Shown here in pieces: positions 30,580 to 40,184 of a DNA stretch of 64,000 bases. Within the stretch, counting starts at the first letter, position 1, and each line of letters opens with the position of its first letter. The notes beneath the pieces are model-generated. The model ran no database searches and was not told the origin of the DNA. It saw only the letters and a program-made list of their open reading frames with translations. Origin of the DNA: Calditrichota bacterium (GTDB lineage: Bacteria > Zhuqueibacterota > JdFR-76 > BMS3Abin05); assembly GCA_013151735.1 (NCBI GenBank), contig JAADHR010000179.1:12656-76655 (forward strand). Direction: 5' to 3'. Both the position numbers and the translations under genes were made by a program.

Positions 30580-31605
30580 ATGGAAAATCACCGAAGTGGT
30601 ATTCTGGCTGCCGGAAACTGGCTGCTGGATCATGTCAAAATCATTGACCAGTATCCGGAACAGGAATCTTTGGCTATTATTCAGGAGGAGAGTCTGGGTA
30701 ACGGAGGCGGGCCGTACAATTTGCTGAAGGATTTGGCCCGTTTAAAGGCTCCCTTTTCCCTGGCGGGAATTGGCCTGCTGGGAGACGATTCGGAAGGGAA
30801 ATTCATTCGAGCCGATTGCCGGACACACGGCATTGACGTTTCCGGATTGAAAACCACCGATCGGGCCCCCACCTCATACACAGACGTTATGACTGTTCGT
30901 TCAACGGGAAAGCGCACCTTCTTTCACCAGAAAGGAGCCAATGCCTTTTTGGATGAATCCCATTTTGAGCTGGAGAAGAAAACGGCCCGGATTTTTTACC
31001 TGGGGTACGTGTTACTCCTGGACACTTTGGACGTCCCCGGCTCAGATGGACGTACAGGAGCAGCCCGGGTGTTACAAAAAGCCACGGCTTTGGGATTTCA
31101 GACCGCTGTTGATGTAGTGAGTGAAACCAGTGACCGGTTCCAAAGTGTGGTCGGGCCGGTTTTGCCGTGGGTTGATTTTTTGATCGTCAATGAGTTTGAA
31201 GCGGGAAAGATTGCCGGAGTGCCCACTCGCGTCAATGGAAAACTGAAACCGGAAGGTCTTCGCGAAGCGGCTCGCGTGCTTTTGAACCGGGGCGTGCGCC
31301 GGTGGGTGGCTATTCATTTTCCTGAGGGAGCGCTGGCGGCCAATTCGAAAGGGCAGGTTATTGTACAGGGAAGTGTGCGTGTTCCGTCTGAAAAAATCAA
31401 GGGTGCCGCGGGTGCCGGCGATGCCTTTGCGGCCGGATTTCTTTACGGTATGCATGAACAGTGGGATATTCAGGCAAGCGTTCGGTTGGGAGTCAGCGTG
31501 GCTGCGGTGTCGCTTTTCGATTCCACCTGTTCGGGAAGCATTTTGCCGGTCGATGAATGCCTGAAAACAGGGGAAAGATTCGGTTTCCGGGAAAATGTGA
31601 TCTAA
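30580..31605 (+). CDS. PfkB-family carbohydrate kinase
   Basis: GAGDAFAAGFLYG signature near the C-terminus. Ribokinase-like length. Confidence 0.8.
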   Translation: MENHRSGILAAGNWLLDHVKIIDQYPEQESLAIIQEESLGNGGGPYNLLKDLARLKAPFSLAGIGLLGDDSEGKFIRADCRTHGIDVSGLKTTDRAPTSYTDVMTVRSTGKRTFFHQKGANAFLDESHFELEKKTARIFYLGYVLLLDTLDVPGSDGRTGAARVLQKATALGFQTAVDVVSETSDRFQSVVGPVLPWVDFLIVNEFEAGKIAGVPTRVNGKLKPEGLREAARVLLNRGVRRWVAIHFPEGALAANSKGQVIVQGSVRVPSEKIKGAAGAGDAFAAGFLYGMHEQWDIQASVRLGVSVAAVSLFDSTCSGSILPVDECLKTGERFGFRENVI

Positions 31606-31817
31606 AAAATGGAAAGTTTCGTAACCGCAGGCTTTACGCCTGCGAGATAATCGGGTGTTATTTCCGGGGCGATTTGTGGGGGCAATTCATCGGGGCGATT
31701 CGTGAATCGCCCCACCACCAAACATTCGCGCATTCGCGGCTTAAAAAATTCACCACGAGAATGCAAAGCCTAAAATATCCGACAAACACGAACACCAAAA
31801 AATTTTTCCAAAATAAA

Positions 31818-31846
31818 TTGACAACCCCCCATTTTTATGATATTTT
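31818..31846 (+). promoter_or_regulatory. Candidate sigma-70 promoter for the serpin gene
   Basis: TTGACA - 17 nt - TATTTT, about 50 nt upstream of ATG 31895. Confidence 0.3.
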
Positions 31847-31894
31847 TGTAATAGTTGGGTAAGGAGGTCACGTTTTTCAGAAAGGAGCCCAAAC

Positions 31895-33139
31895 ATGAGC
31901 CATTTTAAATGGGTGCTTCTGCTGGTCGGTTTTGCTTTTTTGTGGGGAGGCTGTTCGAAAGACGTCTCACCATTACAGCCGGTGGGGACGCATACGTTAA
32001 CCCCTCTTGAAAAAAAGGTGGTTTCCTCCAGTAACGATTTCGGCTTCAATTTGTTCAAAGAAATTGTTCGTGAAGATTCCAGCGAAAACATCTTTGTCTC
32101 GCCTTTGAGTGTATCCATGGCGCTGGGCATGACCCTAAACGGGGCCAACGGGGAAACGGAACGCGCCATGAAGACCACGCTTGGCTTTGGTGACATGGAT
32201 TTGAAATCGGTGGACACCGCCTACAGGTCGCTCATAACCTATCTGCTTCAAGCGGATCCCAAAGTCATTTTTGAACTGGCCAATTCCATCTGGTACCGAA
32301 ATACGTTTCCCTTTGAAAAAAGTTTTTTTGATGTGGTCCGAACCTATTTTCAGTCCGAAGTGCAGGGGCTCAATTTTAATGATCCGAATTCGGTGAAGAT
32401 CATTAACAACTGGGTGGCAGCGAAAACACACAATAAGATCAAAAGCATTCTGGATCGGATTGACAAAAGTTCTGTCATGTTTCTAATCAATGCCATTTAT
32501 TTTAAAGGAACGTGGACCTATCAATTCAAGAAGGAAGCCACCCAAGAAGATAGTTTCTATCTGCCGGACGGCTCAACGATTTCCGTCCAGATGATGAACC
32601 AATCCGGAGAATACGACTATTTTGAAACGGATCAGTTTCAAGCCATTGATTTGCCCTACGGAGATGGCGCTTACAGCATGACCATTTTCCTGCCCACACA
32701 CAATGTGCCGCTGGATTCGCTCATTGGCCAGTTGAATCCCCAAACCTGGCATACCTGGATGGGGCGATTTGAGAAGAAAAAAGGCGGTATTTTGCTGCCA
32801 AAATTTACCCTTCGCTACAAAATTAACTTAAACAGCGTATTAGAAGCGCTTGGGATGGGCATTGCCTTTAGTCCCTCACAGGCCGATTTTACCCGAATGA
32901 GCAAAAAGGGGGGACTTTACATTGGATTCGTCAAACACAAAACCTTTGCCAAAGTGGACGAAGAAGGAACCGAAGCTGCTGCCGTGACGGTGGTGGGCAT
33001 GTATGCTACAAGTGTCGGAGGGGGGAGCAATGGATTTACGATGATCGTCAATCGGCCCTTTTTGTGTGTGATTCGGGAGCACGCCACGAACACAATTGTA
33101 TTTATCGGTAAAATTTCGCACCCGCAATGGGAAGATTAA
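31895..33139 (+). CDS. Serpin (serine protease inhibitor), lipoprotein
   Basis: Lipobox LLLVGFAFLWGGC. Serpin core motifs ...FVSPLSVSMALGMTLNGANGET...MFLINAIYFKGTW...FLCVIRE... Hinge/RCL region ...EEGTEAAAVTVVGMYATS. Confidence 0.8.
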   Translation: MSHFKWVLLLVGFAFLWGGCSKDVSPLQPVGTHTLTPLEKKVVSSSNDFGFNLFKEIVREDSSENIFVSPLSVSMALGMTLNGANGETERAMKTTLGFGDMDLKSVDTAYRSLITYLLQADPKVIFELANSIWYRNTFPFEKSFFDVVRTYFQSEVQGLNFNDPNSVKIINNWVAAKTHNKIKSILDRIDKSSVMFLINAIYFKGTWTYQFKKEATQEDSFYLPDGSTISVQMMNQSGEYDYFETDQFQAIDLPYGDGAYSMTIFLPTHNVPLDSLIGQLNPQTWHTWMGRFEKKKGGILLPKFTLRYKINLNSVLEALGMGIAFSPSQADFTRMSKKGGLYIGFVKHKTFAKVDEEGTEAAAVTVVGMYATSVGGGSNGFTMIVNRPFLCVIREHATNTIVFIGKISHPQWED

Positions 33140-33274
33140 TCCCAAGAATGGTAGGGTATTTTTGAGATTATTCGTATTTCAGAAAAATCCCACATTTAAT
33201 TTTTTATTTCAACCCCTGAATGCGGAAATTGGTTTACCCGAAATAACGTGAGTGAAAATCAATCCCCAAAAAGC

Positions 33275-33311
33275 AAACCTTGCGAAGGTTTGAATCTTCG
33301 CAAGGTTTTTT
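33275..33311 (+). terminator. Bidirectional rho-independent terminator between convergent genes
   Basis: CCTTGCGAAG-gtttgaat-CTTCGCAAGG, with T-runs on both sides. Confidence 0.5.
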
Positions 33312-33357
33312 ATTTGGGTCTTTTTTACTGGAAACTCCAGGCCTCTGTCTGTCGGAC

Positions 33358-35427
33358 TTATTTAAACACCTCATTTCGAACCATTTTTTTCACGTCCCAC
33401 GGAGCGGCCCCGCCGTGCAGATATTTGTGAAACCAATCCAGGTGCGCATCGTAGTAAAGCGGCATGGACTTCACATAGCTGGGCCAGTGGCCGTCGTTTT
33501 TAAAAATAATCAGACGGGACGGAACGCCCATTTTTTGCAGGGCCGTGAAAAACTGCAAACTCTGGGTGTAAGGCACGCGGTAATCCCGTTCGCCGGTAAT
33601 GACGAGCGTCGGGGTTTTGAAATGGGGCACAAAATTGCTGGGAGACCATTTCTGGTAAAGGGGCGAATTCCAGGGCTGCCCGCCCAAATCCCATTCCGGA
33701 AACCAGAGTTCCTCTGTAGCGCCGTACATCGAGCGCAAATCGTACACGCCCATCATCGCGGCAATGGCCTTGAAACGGGTGGTGTGTCCCTGGAGCCACA
33801 TCATCATGTAGCCGCCGTACGACCAGCCCATCACGCCCATCCGATCGGCATCCACCCAGGGGATTTTGGCCAGGGAATCGGCCACAGCCATCACATCCTG
33901 GTACACCTTGCCGCCCCAGTCTTTGGAGATTTCCGCCGTGTAGGCCTGACCGTAACCGGTGGACCCGTGGGGATTGGGAAAGGCCACAATGTAACCCGCG
34001 CCCGGGTACACCTGCCAGTCGCCGCGAAAAGCATCTGCCCACTGACCCTGAGGCCCGCCGTGCACGTTTAGAATCAAAGGATATTTTTTGTGGGGATCAA
34101 AATTGTGGGGCGTTACAATAAACGTGTGCACCGGAATGCCGTCCGCACCGGGAAACCAGCGTTCCAGAACCGGCCGAATGTCCACGGAATCTTCCACCGC
34201 CTTGTTGAAAAAGGTCAGCCGTTTGGCATGTTTGCCATTGGTGTCCACCCGCCAAATTTCCGTGGGGTCTTGTACCGCCCGCCGGCTGACCGCCACCCAT
34301 TTTCCGTTGGGTGAAACGGCAAAGGCATTGATCGTTTTCAAATCGGCCACCGGACGAATGCGGTTGTCTTTCAGCCGCACGTTGTACAACGGGAAGTGGC
34401 CTTTCACTTCTCCAATAAAGTAAATGCTTTTGGAATCCGGAGCCCACGCGAAGTCGTCCACCCAGTTGTCGAAGGCCTCGGTCAGAATGCGTTTTTGGCC
34501 GGTTTTTCGGTTGTAAATAGCCAGGCGGAACCGGTCGGATTCGTAGCCGGGAATTTTCTGCGTGCGGTAGGCGATGAAGCGACCGTCAGGCGAATAGCGC
34601 GGCTGGCCGTCGTAAGCGGGATTGTCCGCCGTAATATTTTTGGCGGGGTCTCCCGTGGCCGGAACCAGCCACAGATCCATGTTAGTGGAAGACTCCGGGT
34701 GCGGCACGCGCTTGGAGGTAAAACAGATTTCCTTCCCGTCCGGCGAAAAATCGTAATCGGTCGCACCGCTCAAGGAAAAGGGCGGCGAATCGAAATCACC
34801 GGGCGTAACGTCCGTCATTTTTTTGGATTTTACATCAAACACAAACAGGTGGTTCCGGTGGCCGTCTTTGTAGTGTGTCCAGTGCCGGTAGAGGAGATGG
34901 TCAGCCAGGTGAGCCTGAATGGGCCCTTTTTTCATGGATTCGTTAATGGCTTTGTTGCAACTGTCGCTGGCACCGCATTCCGGAAAAACCGACGTTTCGA
35001 ATAAAATTTTGGTTCCGTCTTTGGACCAAACCGGATTGGTGATTCCGGTGGAAATATGGGTTAATTGGGTCGGTTCGCCGCCACTGACCGGCAGCAGCCA
35101 GAGCTGCGATCCGTTTTTCCGGGTGGAAATGAAAAGCAGGGATTTCCCGTCCGGCGTCCAGCGCGGGGCGTAATCGGCCGCGGGGTTGTTGGTCATCTGG
35201 TGCACCTGACTGCCGTCTTTGTTCATCAGGTAAATTTCCGTGTTGCTCTTGCCCTTGTGAAGGGTGTAAGAGGTGACCGTGAAGGCAATTTCTTTTCCGT
35301 CCGGTGAAATCTGTGGATCGGAAACCGATTTCAGGTGGTACAAATCCTCAATTGTGAAGGCCTTCTTCTGTGCCATTGCAGGCAAAGACAGAAGAAAAAT
35401 CGACAGAAAAACGAGCCATTTTTTCAT
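33358..35427 (-). CDS. S9-family peptidase (prolyl oligopeptidase / acylaminoacyl-peptidase-like), secreted
   Basis: Signal peptide. N-terminal beta-propeller. C-terminal alpha/beta hydrolase with GWSYGGYM nucleophile elbow. Confidence 0.85.
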   Translation of the reverse strand: MKKWLVFLSIFLLSLPAMAQKKAFTIEDLYHLKSVSDPQISPDGKEIAFTVTSYTLHKGKSNTEIYLMNKDGSQVHQMTNNPAADYAPRWTPDGKSLLFISTRKNGSQLWLLPVSGGEPTQLTHISTGITNPVWSKDGTKILFETSVFPECGASDSCNKAINESMKKGPIQAHLADHLLYRHWTHYKDGHRNHLFVFDVKSKKMTDVTPGDFDSPPFSLSGATDYDFSPDGKEICFTSKRVPHPESSTNMDLWLVPATGDPAKNITADNPAYDGQPRYSPDGRFIAYRTQKIPGYESDRFRLAIYNRKTGQKRILTEAFDNWVDDFAWAPDSKSIYFIGEVKGHFPLYNVRLKDNRIRPVADLKTINAFAVSPNGKWVAVSRRAVQDPTEIWRVDTNGKHAKRLTFFNKAVEDSVDIRPVLERWFPGADGIPVHTFIVTPHNFDPHKKYPLILNVHGGPQGQWADAFRGDWQVYPGAGYIVAFPNPHGSTGYGQAYTAEISKDWGGKVYQDVMAVADSLAKIPWVDADRMGVMGWSYGGYMMMWLQGHTTRFKAIAAMMGVYDLRSMYGATEELWFPEWDLGGQPWNSPLYQKWSPSNFVPHFKTPTLVITGERDYRVPYTQSLQFFTALQKMGVPSRLIIFKNDGHWPSYVKSMPLYYDAHLDWFHKYLHGGAAPWDVKKMVRNEVFK

Positions 35428-35684
35428 CGTGTTTGTCCTTTCCTTATTTGGAAATCCTGGTCATTTAACAAACTACACCAATGTAAAAAACAACCGGTTT
35501 AAATTCAAGCAAAATCCACTTGGCGAACTGCCAACGGCTAATTTGAAACAGACCCATGAAATTTGCGTAGATTAGGACAAACTTGAAAAGGATTCCCATT
35601 TGGGCTGATTTGAAATGACCCGAGGGCACTTTTCTTTTCACCGCGTCCGGTTTGTCGGAGTCAATTTTAGAAAGGAGGAATGGC

Positions 35685-38111
35685 ATGAAACGTCTGAGGA
35701 GGTTTGCGGTTCTTTTTGTTTTTTCGGTTCTTTTGACAAATCCTATTTGGGGCCAAAATAATCTGACCTACACCGGCAGTACGCAGTTGCTTTTTACGCC
35801 TCCGGGGGCCTTTCACAATGGTTTGCTGGGATTTGTGAACCCTTCCGTTCCTGCGTTTGTCCCCAAATTTGAAGTTCTGGGCGTCTGGGACACGAGGCGA
35901 AATCCGATCACCCAGACAAATACGTGGGGTATTTTCGCTGCGTCACACGGTCTGGGAACCCAATTTTTCCGGCAAAGAGAAGGAACCGGTTGGGTTTCGG
36001 ACTACGGGTTGTCGGCTGCTTTTTCGACGGAAACAGTCGGCTTTGGCCTGGGCTACCGCTGGTCAAAGGCGTCGGCGGGGGCCCTGCCGCACGATCGTTT
36101 GTTGAATGTTGGGGCTCTTTTTCGACCCAGTCGCTATTTTTCGTTAGGGGCGGCCGGCCATTTTTCGCTGGAACACAATTTCCGTGAAGGCATATTCGAA
36201 ACGGGCATCCGGCCATTCGGTTCACCTGCGCTCACCCTCTTTGCGGACGCGGCAGCACATTCTGGTCAGGCCCTGAAAAATGCCGAATGGAGTGCCGGGG
36301 CCGTGGTGCGCGTATTGCCGGGCGTGCACCTTATCGGTCGATACTTTTCGGACAAAACCCTCACCGCCGGATTGTCTTTCAATTTGGGACACACGGGTGT
36401 GGCCGGACAGGCCCGATTTTCCAATCAGCACGATTTGATTTCCAACACCACAGCAATTCGTACAGGAGCTCTTTTGGAAAATCCGTTTTCCGGAAAGGTG
36501 CAGAAGAACACCCGGTACGTTCGTTTCTGGCCCAGGGGACCGATCGTATACCACAGCTACCGCTTTGGCGACCGGAAGGAATATTCCTTCTTTGAGCTGC
36601 TGAAAAATATCTCCGCATCGGCCAATGACCCGCGGGTAACGGCCATCGTACTCAATTTGTCCGGAACTCGGGTTCAGCCGGAACATGCCTGGGAAATTCG
36701 GGAATCACTTAAGCAGGCACAGAAAAAAGGGAAGAAAGTTCTTATTTTCCTCGAAAATACCGACATCTCACTCTACCATCTGGCCAGTGTGGCGGATTGG
36801 GTTGTAATGGATCCGCTGGGTTCGTTGACGCTGGAAGGCTTTGTCATGGGACGCACGTTTTACAAAGGCACACTGGAAAAGCTGGGAATCGGATTTGACG
36901 AGCTTCGCTTTTTCAAATACAAGTCAGCCGTTGAGGTCTTTAGTCGAAAGAAGATGTCTGAAGCAGACCGCGCACAGCGCCAGGCTTTTGTGGACGATTG
37001 GTACAGTCTGGTTAAAACGGATATTGCAAGCTCCAGAAATATGACGCCTGAAAAGTTTGATGCGCTGGTCAACCAAAATTTCCTCTTTCTGGCAGATTCC
37101 GCCCAAAAAGCGGGGTTGGTGGATACGCTGGCCCGCTGGTCAGCGATTGATGACGTGGTTAAAGCATTTATGCATAAAAAACTCCGGCCCCTTCCGGTAA
37201 AGAGACTGCTTTCCAATGAGCAAGTGATCGATCAGTGGGGACCCGCGCCAAAAATTGCCCTGGTGTACGCGCTGGGAACCTGTGCCATGGACAAAGGCAT
37301 CCGTGCCCGCTGGCTGGAAAAGGTGTTCAAAAAATTGGAAAAGGACAAAAGCGTGAAAGCCGTGGTGTTCCGTGTGGATTCTCCCGGCGGCGACGCCATG
37401 GCCAGCGATCTGGTGGCGGAAGCGATGAAATCCTGTGCCAAAAAGAAGCCGGTTATTGTTTCACAGGGACAGGTGGCCGGTTCCGGCGGGTACTGGATCA
37501 GCATGTACGGAGATACCATTGTGGCCGGACCAAACACGGTAACCGGTTCCATCGGGGTCATTGGGGGGTGGCTTTACGATAAGGGGTTTTCGGGGAAGAT
37601 TGGCTTTACAGCCGATCATGTGAAACGCGGTAAACACGCCGACGCGGGTTTCGGAATTTCCATTCCTTTTGTGGGCATGCTTCCCGAACGCGATTTAACC
37701 CGGGATGAACGGGCCACGGTTCGGTATTTTATGAAAAGTGCGTACAACATTTTCGTGAAAAATGTGGCTGAGGGACGGTCGCTCCCGGTGGATTCGGTGA
37801 AACAAATCGCCCAGGGGCATGTTTATTCCGGTGTGGAGGGCAAGAAAATAGGGCTGGTGGATGTGATTGGCGGGTTGGAGACGGCGATTCGAATCGCCCG
37901 GGAAAAAGCCGGCCTGAAACCGGGCGCCCATGTGGCCCTGGTTGAGATTCCCAAATACAAGGGACTTTTTAAATCACCAATTCCCAACCTGCCGTTTGCG
38001 GGCGTGAAAATGTTTACCCCATCGGAAATGGACTATCTTCGAATGGTGTCCGAAATGCCCGGAAAACCGCTGTTTCTCGTGCGGCCAGGGTTGTATCCCA
38101 TCCTGCGTTAA
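35685..38111 (+). CDS. sppA: Signal peptide peptidase SppA (S49, 67K-type, two S49 domains) with an extra N-terminal domain of about 230 aa
   Basis: ...VFRVDSPGGDAMASDLV...SQGQVAGSGGYWISMYGDTIVAGPNTVTGSIGVIGGW... S49 motifs. First S49 repeat around ITAIVLNLSGTRV. Start taken at MKRLRRF. Confidence 0.75.
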   Translation: MKRLRRFAVLFVFSVLLTNPIWGQNNLTYTGSTQLLFTPPGAFHNGLLGFVNPSVPAFVPKFEVLGVWDTRRNPITQTNTWGIFAASHGLGTQFFRQREGTGWVSDYGLSAAFSTETVGFGLGYRWSKASAGALPHDRLLNVGALFRPSRYFSLGAAGHFSLEHNFREGIFETGIRPFGSPALTLFADAAAHSGQALKNAEWSAGAVVRVLPGVHLIGRYFSDKTLTAGLSFNLGHTGVAGQARFSNQHDLISNTTAIRTGALLENPFSGKVQKNTRYVRFWPRGPIVYHSYRFGDRKEYSFFELLKNISASANDPRVTAIVLNLSGTRVQPEHAWEIRESLKQAQKKGKKVLIFLENTDISLYHLASVADWVVMDPLGSLTLEGFVMGRTFYKGTLEKLGIGFDELRFFKYKSAVEVFSRKKMSEADRAQRQAFVDDWYSLVKTDIASSRNMTPEKFDALVNQNFLFLADSAQKAGLVDTLARWSAIDDVVKAFMHKKLRPLPVKRLLSNEQVIDQWGPAPKIALVYALGTCAMDKGIRARWLEKVFKKLEKDKSVKAVVFRVDSPGGDAMASDLVAEAMKSCAKKKPVIVSQGQVAGSGGYWISMYGDTIVAGPNTVTGSIGVIGGWLYDKGFSGKIGFTADHVKRGKHADAGFGISIPFVGMLPERDLTRDERATVRYFMKSAYNIFVKNVAEGRSLPVDSVKQIAQGHVYSGVEGKKIGLVDVIGGLETAIRIAREKAGLKPGAHVALVEIPKYKGLFKSPIPNLPFAGVKMFTPSEMDYLRMVSEMPGKPLFLVRPGLYPILR

Positions 38112-38124
38112 TGGATTCACAGAA

Positions 38125-38150
38125 AAGCGTTCCAAACGGAGCGCTTTTTT
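38125..38150 (+). terminator. Rho-independent terminator
   Basis: AGCGTTCC-aaac-GGAGCGCT followed by TTTTTT. Confidence 0.45.
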
Positions 38151-38309
38151 ATTTCTTTGACGCCTTGTCTGAATCTATTTTCAGAGAATCCGCCGGTTTC
38201 CGGAAAACGTCCCAGCCACGCAAAAAAGTTGATTTTGGGTCCTGTTTGGGGTAAATTTAACTTTATTCCAATGATATATATGACTATTGAATTTGTTGAA
38301 AGTGCGGAA

Positions 38310-39215
38310 ATGAAAGTTGATTTTAAAAAATGGTTTTTGGGGTCAATTTTACTGCTCCTTTTTTTCAGCCGGAGCTCTGACGCTCAGCTTCAGAGGACGG
38401 CTCCTGAAAAACAAACCTACTCGCTGGCACTGGTGCTCAGCGGCGGGGCTGCTCTTGGCTATGCCCACCTCGGTGTATTAAAGGTGCTGGAAGAAAACGG
38501 CGTCCAGCCGGATCTCATTGTGGGTACGTCCATGGGTGCCATTATTGGGGGGCACGTGGCGGCCGGTGTTCCGCTTCCCGCTTTAATCCGGCAGGCTTCG
38601 TCCATTACGATTTTTAAGCTGATGGACTGGTCATTTCTTGGCCTGGGATTTTTCAGTTGGGAAAAAACGGAGAAACTTTTTCGGGCTAATCTGGATCACA
38701 AGACGTTTGCCGAACTGAAAATTCCATTTGCAGCTGTGGCAACCGATTTATACACAGGGGAAAAGGTTGTGCTGGATTCCGGAGACGTTGTAACGGCTAT
38801 GCTGGCCAGTGCGTCGGTGCCCGGAATCTACACACCGGTCAAAATCGACGGGCATACGCTGGTGGATGGCGGTCTCGTTGAAAACCTGCCGGTACCCACA
38901 GCCAAGGCGCTGGGTGCCAGATACGTCATTGCCGTGGATGTGCATCACCCGCTTTTGAAGGAAAATATTCGCACGCCTTTTGATGTGATCCGGCAGGCTA
39001 TTTACATTTCGCAGGACGCTCAAACCCGCGACAAGATGAGCGGAGCGGATGTCCTGATTCGGCCCGATTTACAGGGGTTAAGCTACACCAAATTTAGCGC
39101 CGTGGATAAGGGAATTGAGGTAGGCGCCCGGGCCGCCCGAGAAAAATTGCCGGAAATTGAAGCGCTCCTTCGAAAAATACAATCCGGGACATCTGATGAA
39201 AAAGGGAAAGAATAA
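38310..39215 (+). CDS. Patatin-like phospholipase, secreted
   Basis: LVLSGGAALGYAHLGVL (oxyanion GGxxG), GTSMGA (GxSxG) and DGG motifs. Start taken at MKVDFKKWF (signal peptide). Confidence 0.8.
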   Translation: MKVDFKKWFLGSILLLLFFSRSSDAQLQRTAPEKQTYSLALVLSGGAALGYAHLGVLKVLEENGVQPDLIVGTSMGAIIGGHVAAGVPLPALIRQASSITIFKLMDWSFLGLGFFSWEKTEKLFRANLDHKTFAELKIPFAAVATDLYTGEKVVLDSGDVVTAMLASASVPGIYTPVKIDGHTLVDGGLVENLPVPTAKALGARYVIAVDVHHPLLKENIRTPFDVIRQAIYISQDAQTRDKMSGADVLIRPDLQGLSYTKFSAVDKGIEVGARAAREKLPEIEALLRKIQSGTSDEKGKE

Positions 39216-39218
39216 GCC

Positions 39219-40022
39219 GTGGAAAATAAAATCTCCAAAAGAAATGTACTGATTACAGGGGCTTCCAGCGGAATTGGGCTTGAACTGGCAGCGGTGTTTG
39301 CAGAGAATGGCTTTAATTTAATTCTGGTTGCCAGGCGTGAAGAAAAATTGAGGGCCGCGGCAGAGCGGTTTCAATCTGCATATGGAATTGAGGTCACGCT
39401 TCTTGTAAAGGATTTATTCCGCAGCGAGGCAGTTCAGGAAATGGCTGAGGAGCTTCGGGCCTGGAATATTTCGGTGGACATTCTGGTGAATAATGCGGGA
39501 TTGGGAGCACTTGGGCCCTTTTACAAAATGGATCCGGAAAAGATAGTTGAAATGATTCAGGTCAATGTGACGGCACTGACACGCCTGACGCGCCAGTTTT
39601 TGCCCGATATGCTGGAACGAGGGTACGGAAAAATTCTGAATGTATCTTCAACGGCTGCCTTTCAGCCAGGCCCCCTGATGGCCGTGTATTACGCCACAAA
39701 GGCGTTTGTTTTGAATTTTTCGGAGGCCATTTCACACGAGCTTAAAGGGACGCCTGTTACGGTGACGGCGCTGTGCCCCGGTCCAACGGCTTCTGAATTT
39801 CAGAAAAAAGCGGGGATGAAAAATGCGCTGGTAGGCCGGGTGGGGCTAATGTCGTCACAAAGGGTGGCTGAAATCGGTTACCGGGGGCTAATGAAGGGGA
39901 AACGGGTGGTCATTCCCGGGTTTCCAAATCGACTGGGCGCCTGGTTTGCAAAGCACGCTCCCCGGCCGTGGGTCATGACATTTATTCGCTGGATTCAGGA
40001 AAACCGCGATTCAGCTGAATAA
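39219..40022 (+). CDS. Short-chain dehydrogenase/reductase (SDR)
   Basis: ITGASSGIG Rossmann motif, NNAG and YxxxK (YYATK) motifs. GTG start. Confidence 0.85.
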   Translation: MENKISKRNVLITGASSGIGLELAAVFAENGFNLILVARREEKLRAAAERFQSAYGIEVTLLVKDLFRSEAVQEMAEELRAWNISVDILVNNAGLGALGPFYKMDPEKIVEMIQVNVTALTRLTRQFLPDMLERGYGKILNVSSTAAFQPGPLMAVYYATKAFVLNFSEAISHELKGTPVTVTALCPGPTASEFQKKAGMKNALVGRVGLMSSQRVAEIGYRGLMKGKRVVIPGFPNRLGAWFAKHAPRPWVMTFIRWIQENRDSAE

Positions 40023-40184
40023 AGGGATGAAGCCGGACTGGGTACCGTCCCGGGGAAAATACCCGATGAATTTGTTCGGGAACCGGATTTTTGCTTTGCT
40101 TTTCAGAATTGGAATTCTTATATTTAGGTCGAATAAAGTAAATCATTTGAGAACTAAAATAGCCGAGGCGAAAATCTTTCCCGA

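Noticed and set aside
33280-35307. Plus-strand ORFs (263 aa, 202 aa, 111 aa and others) opposite the S9 peptidase gene
   Set aside because: The opposite-strand S9 peptidase ORF is long and motif-rich (GWSYGG). The plus-strand products are Arg/Gly/His-rich with no domain signature.
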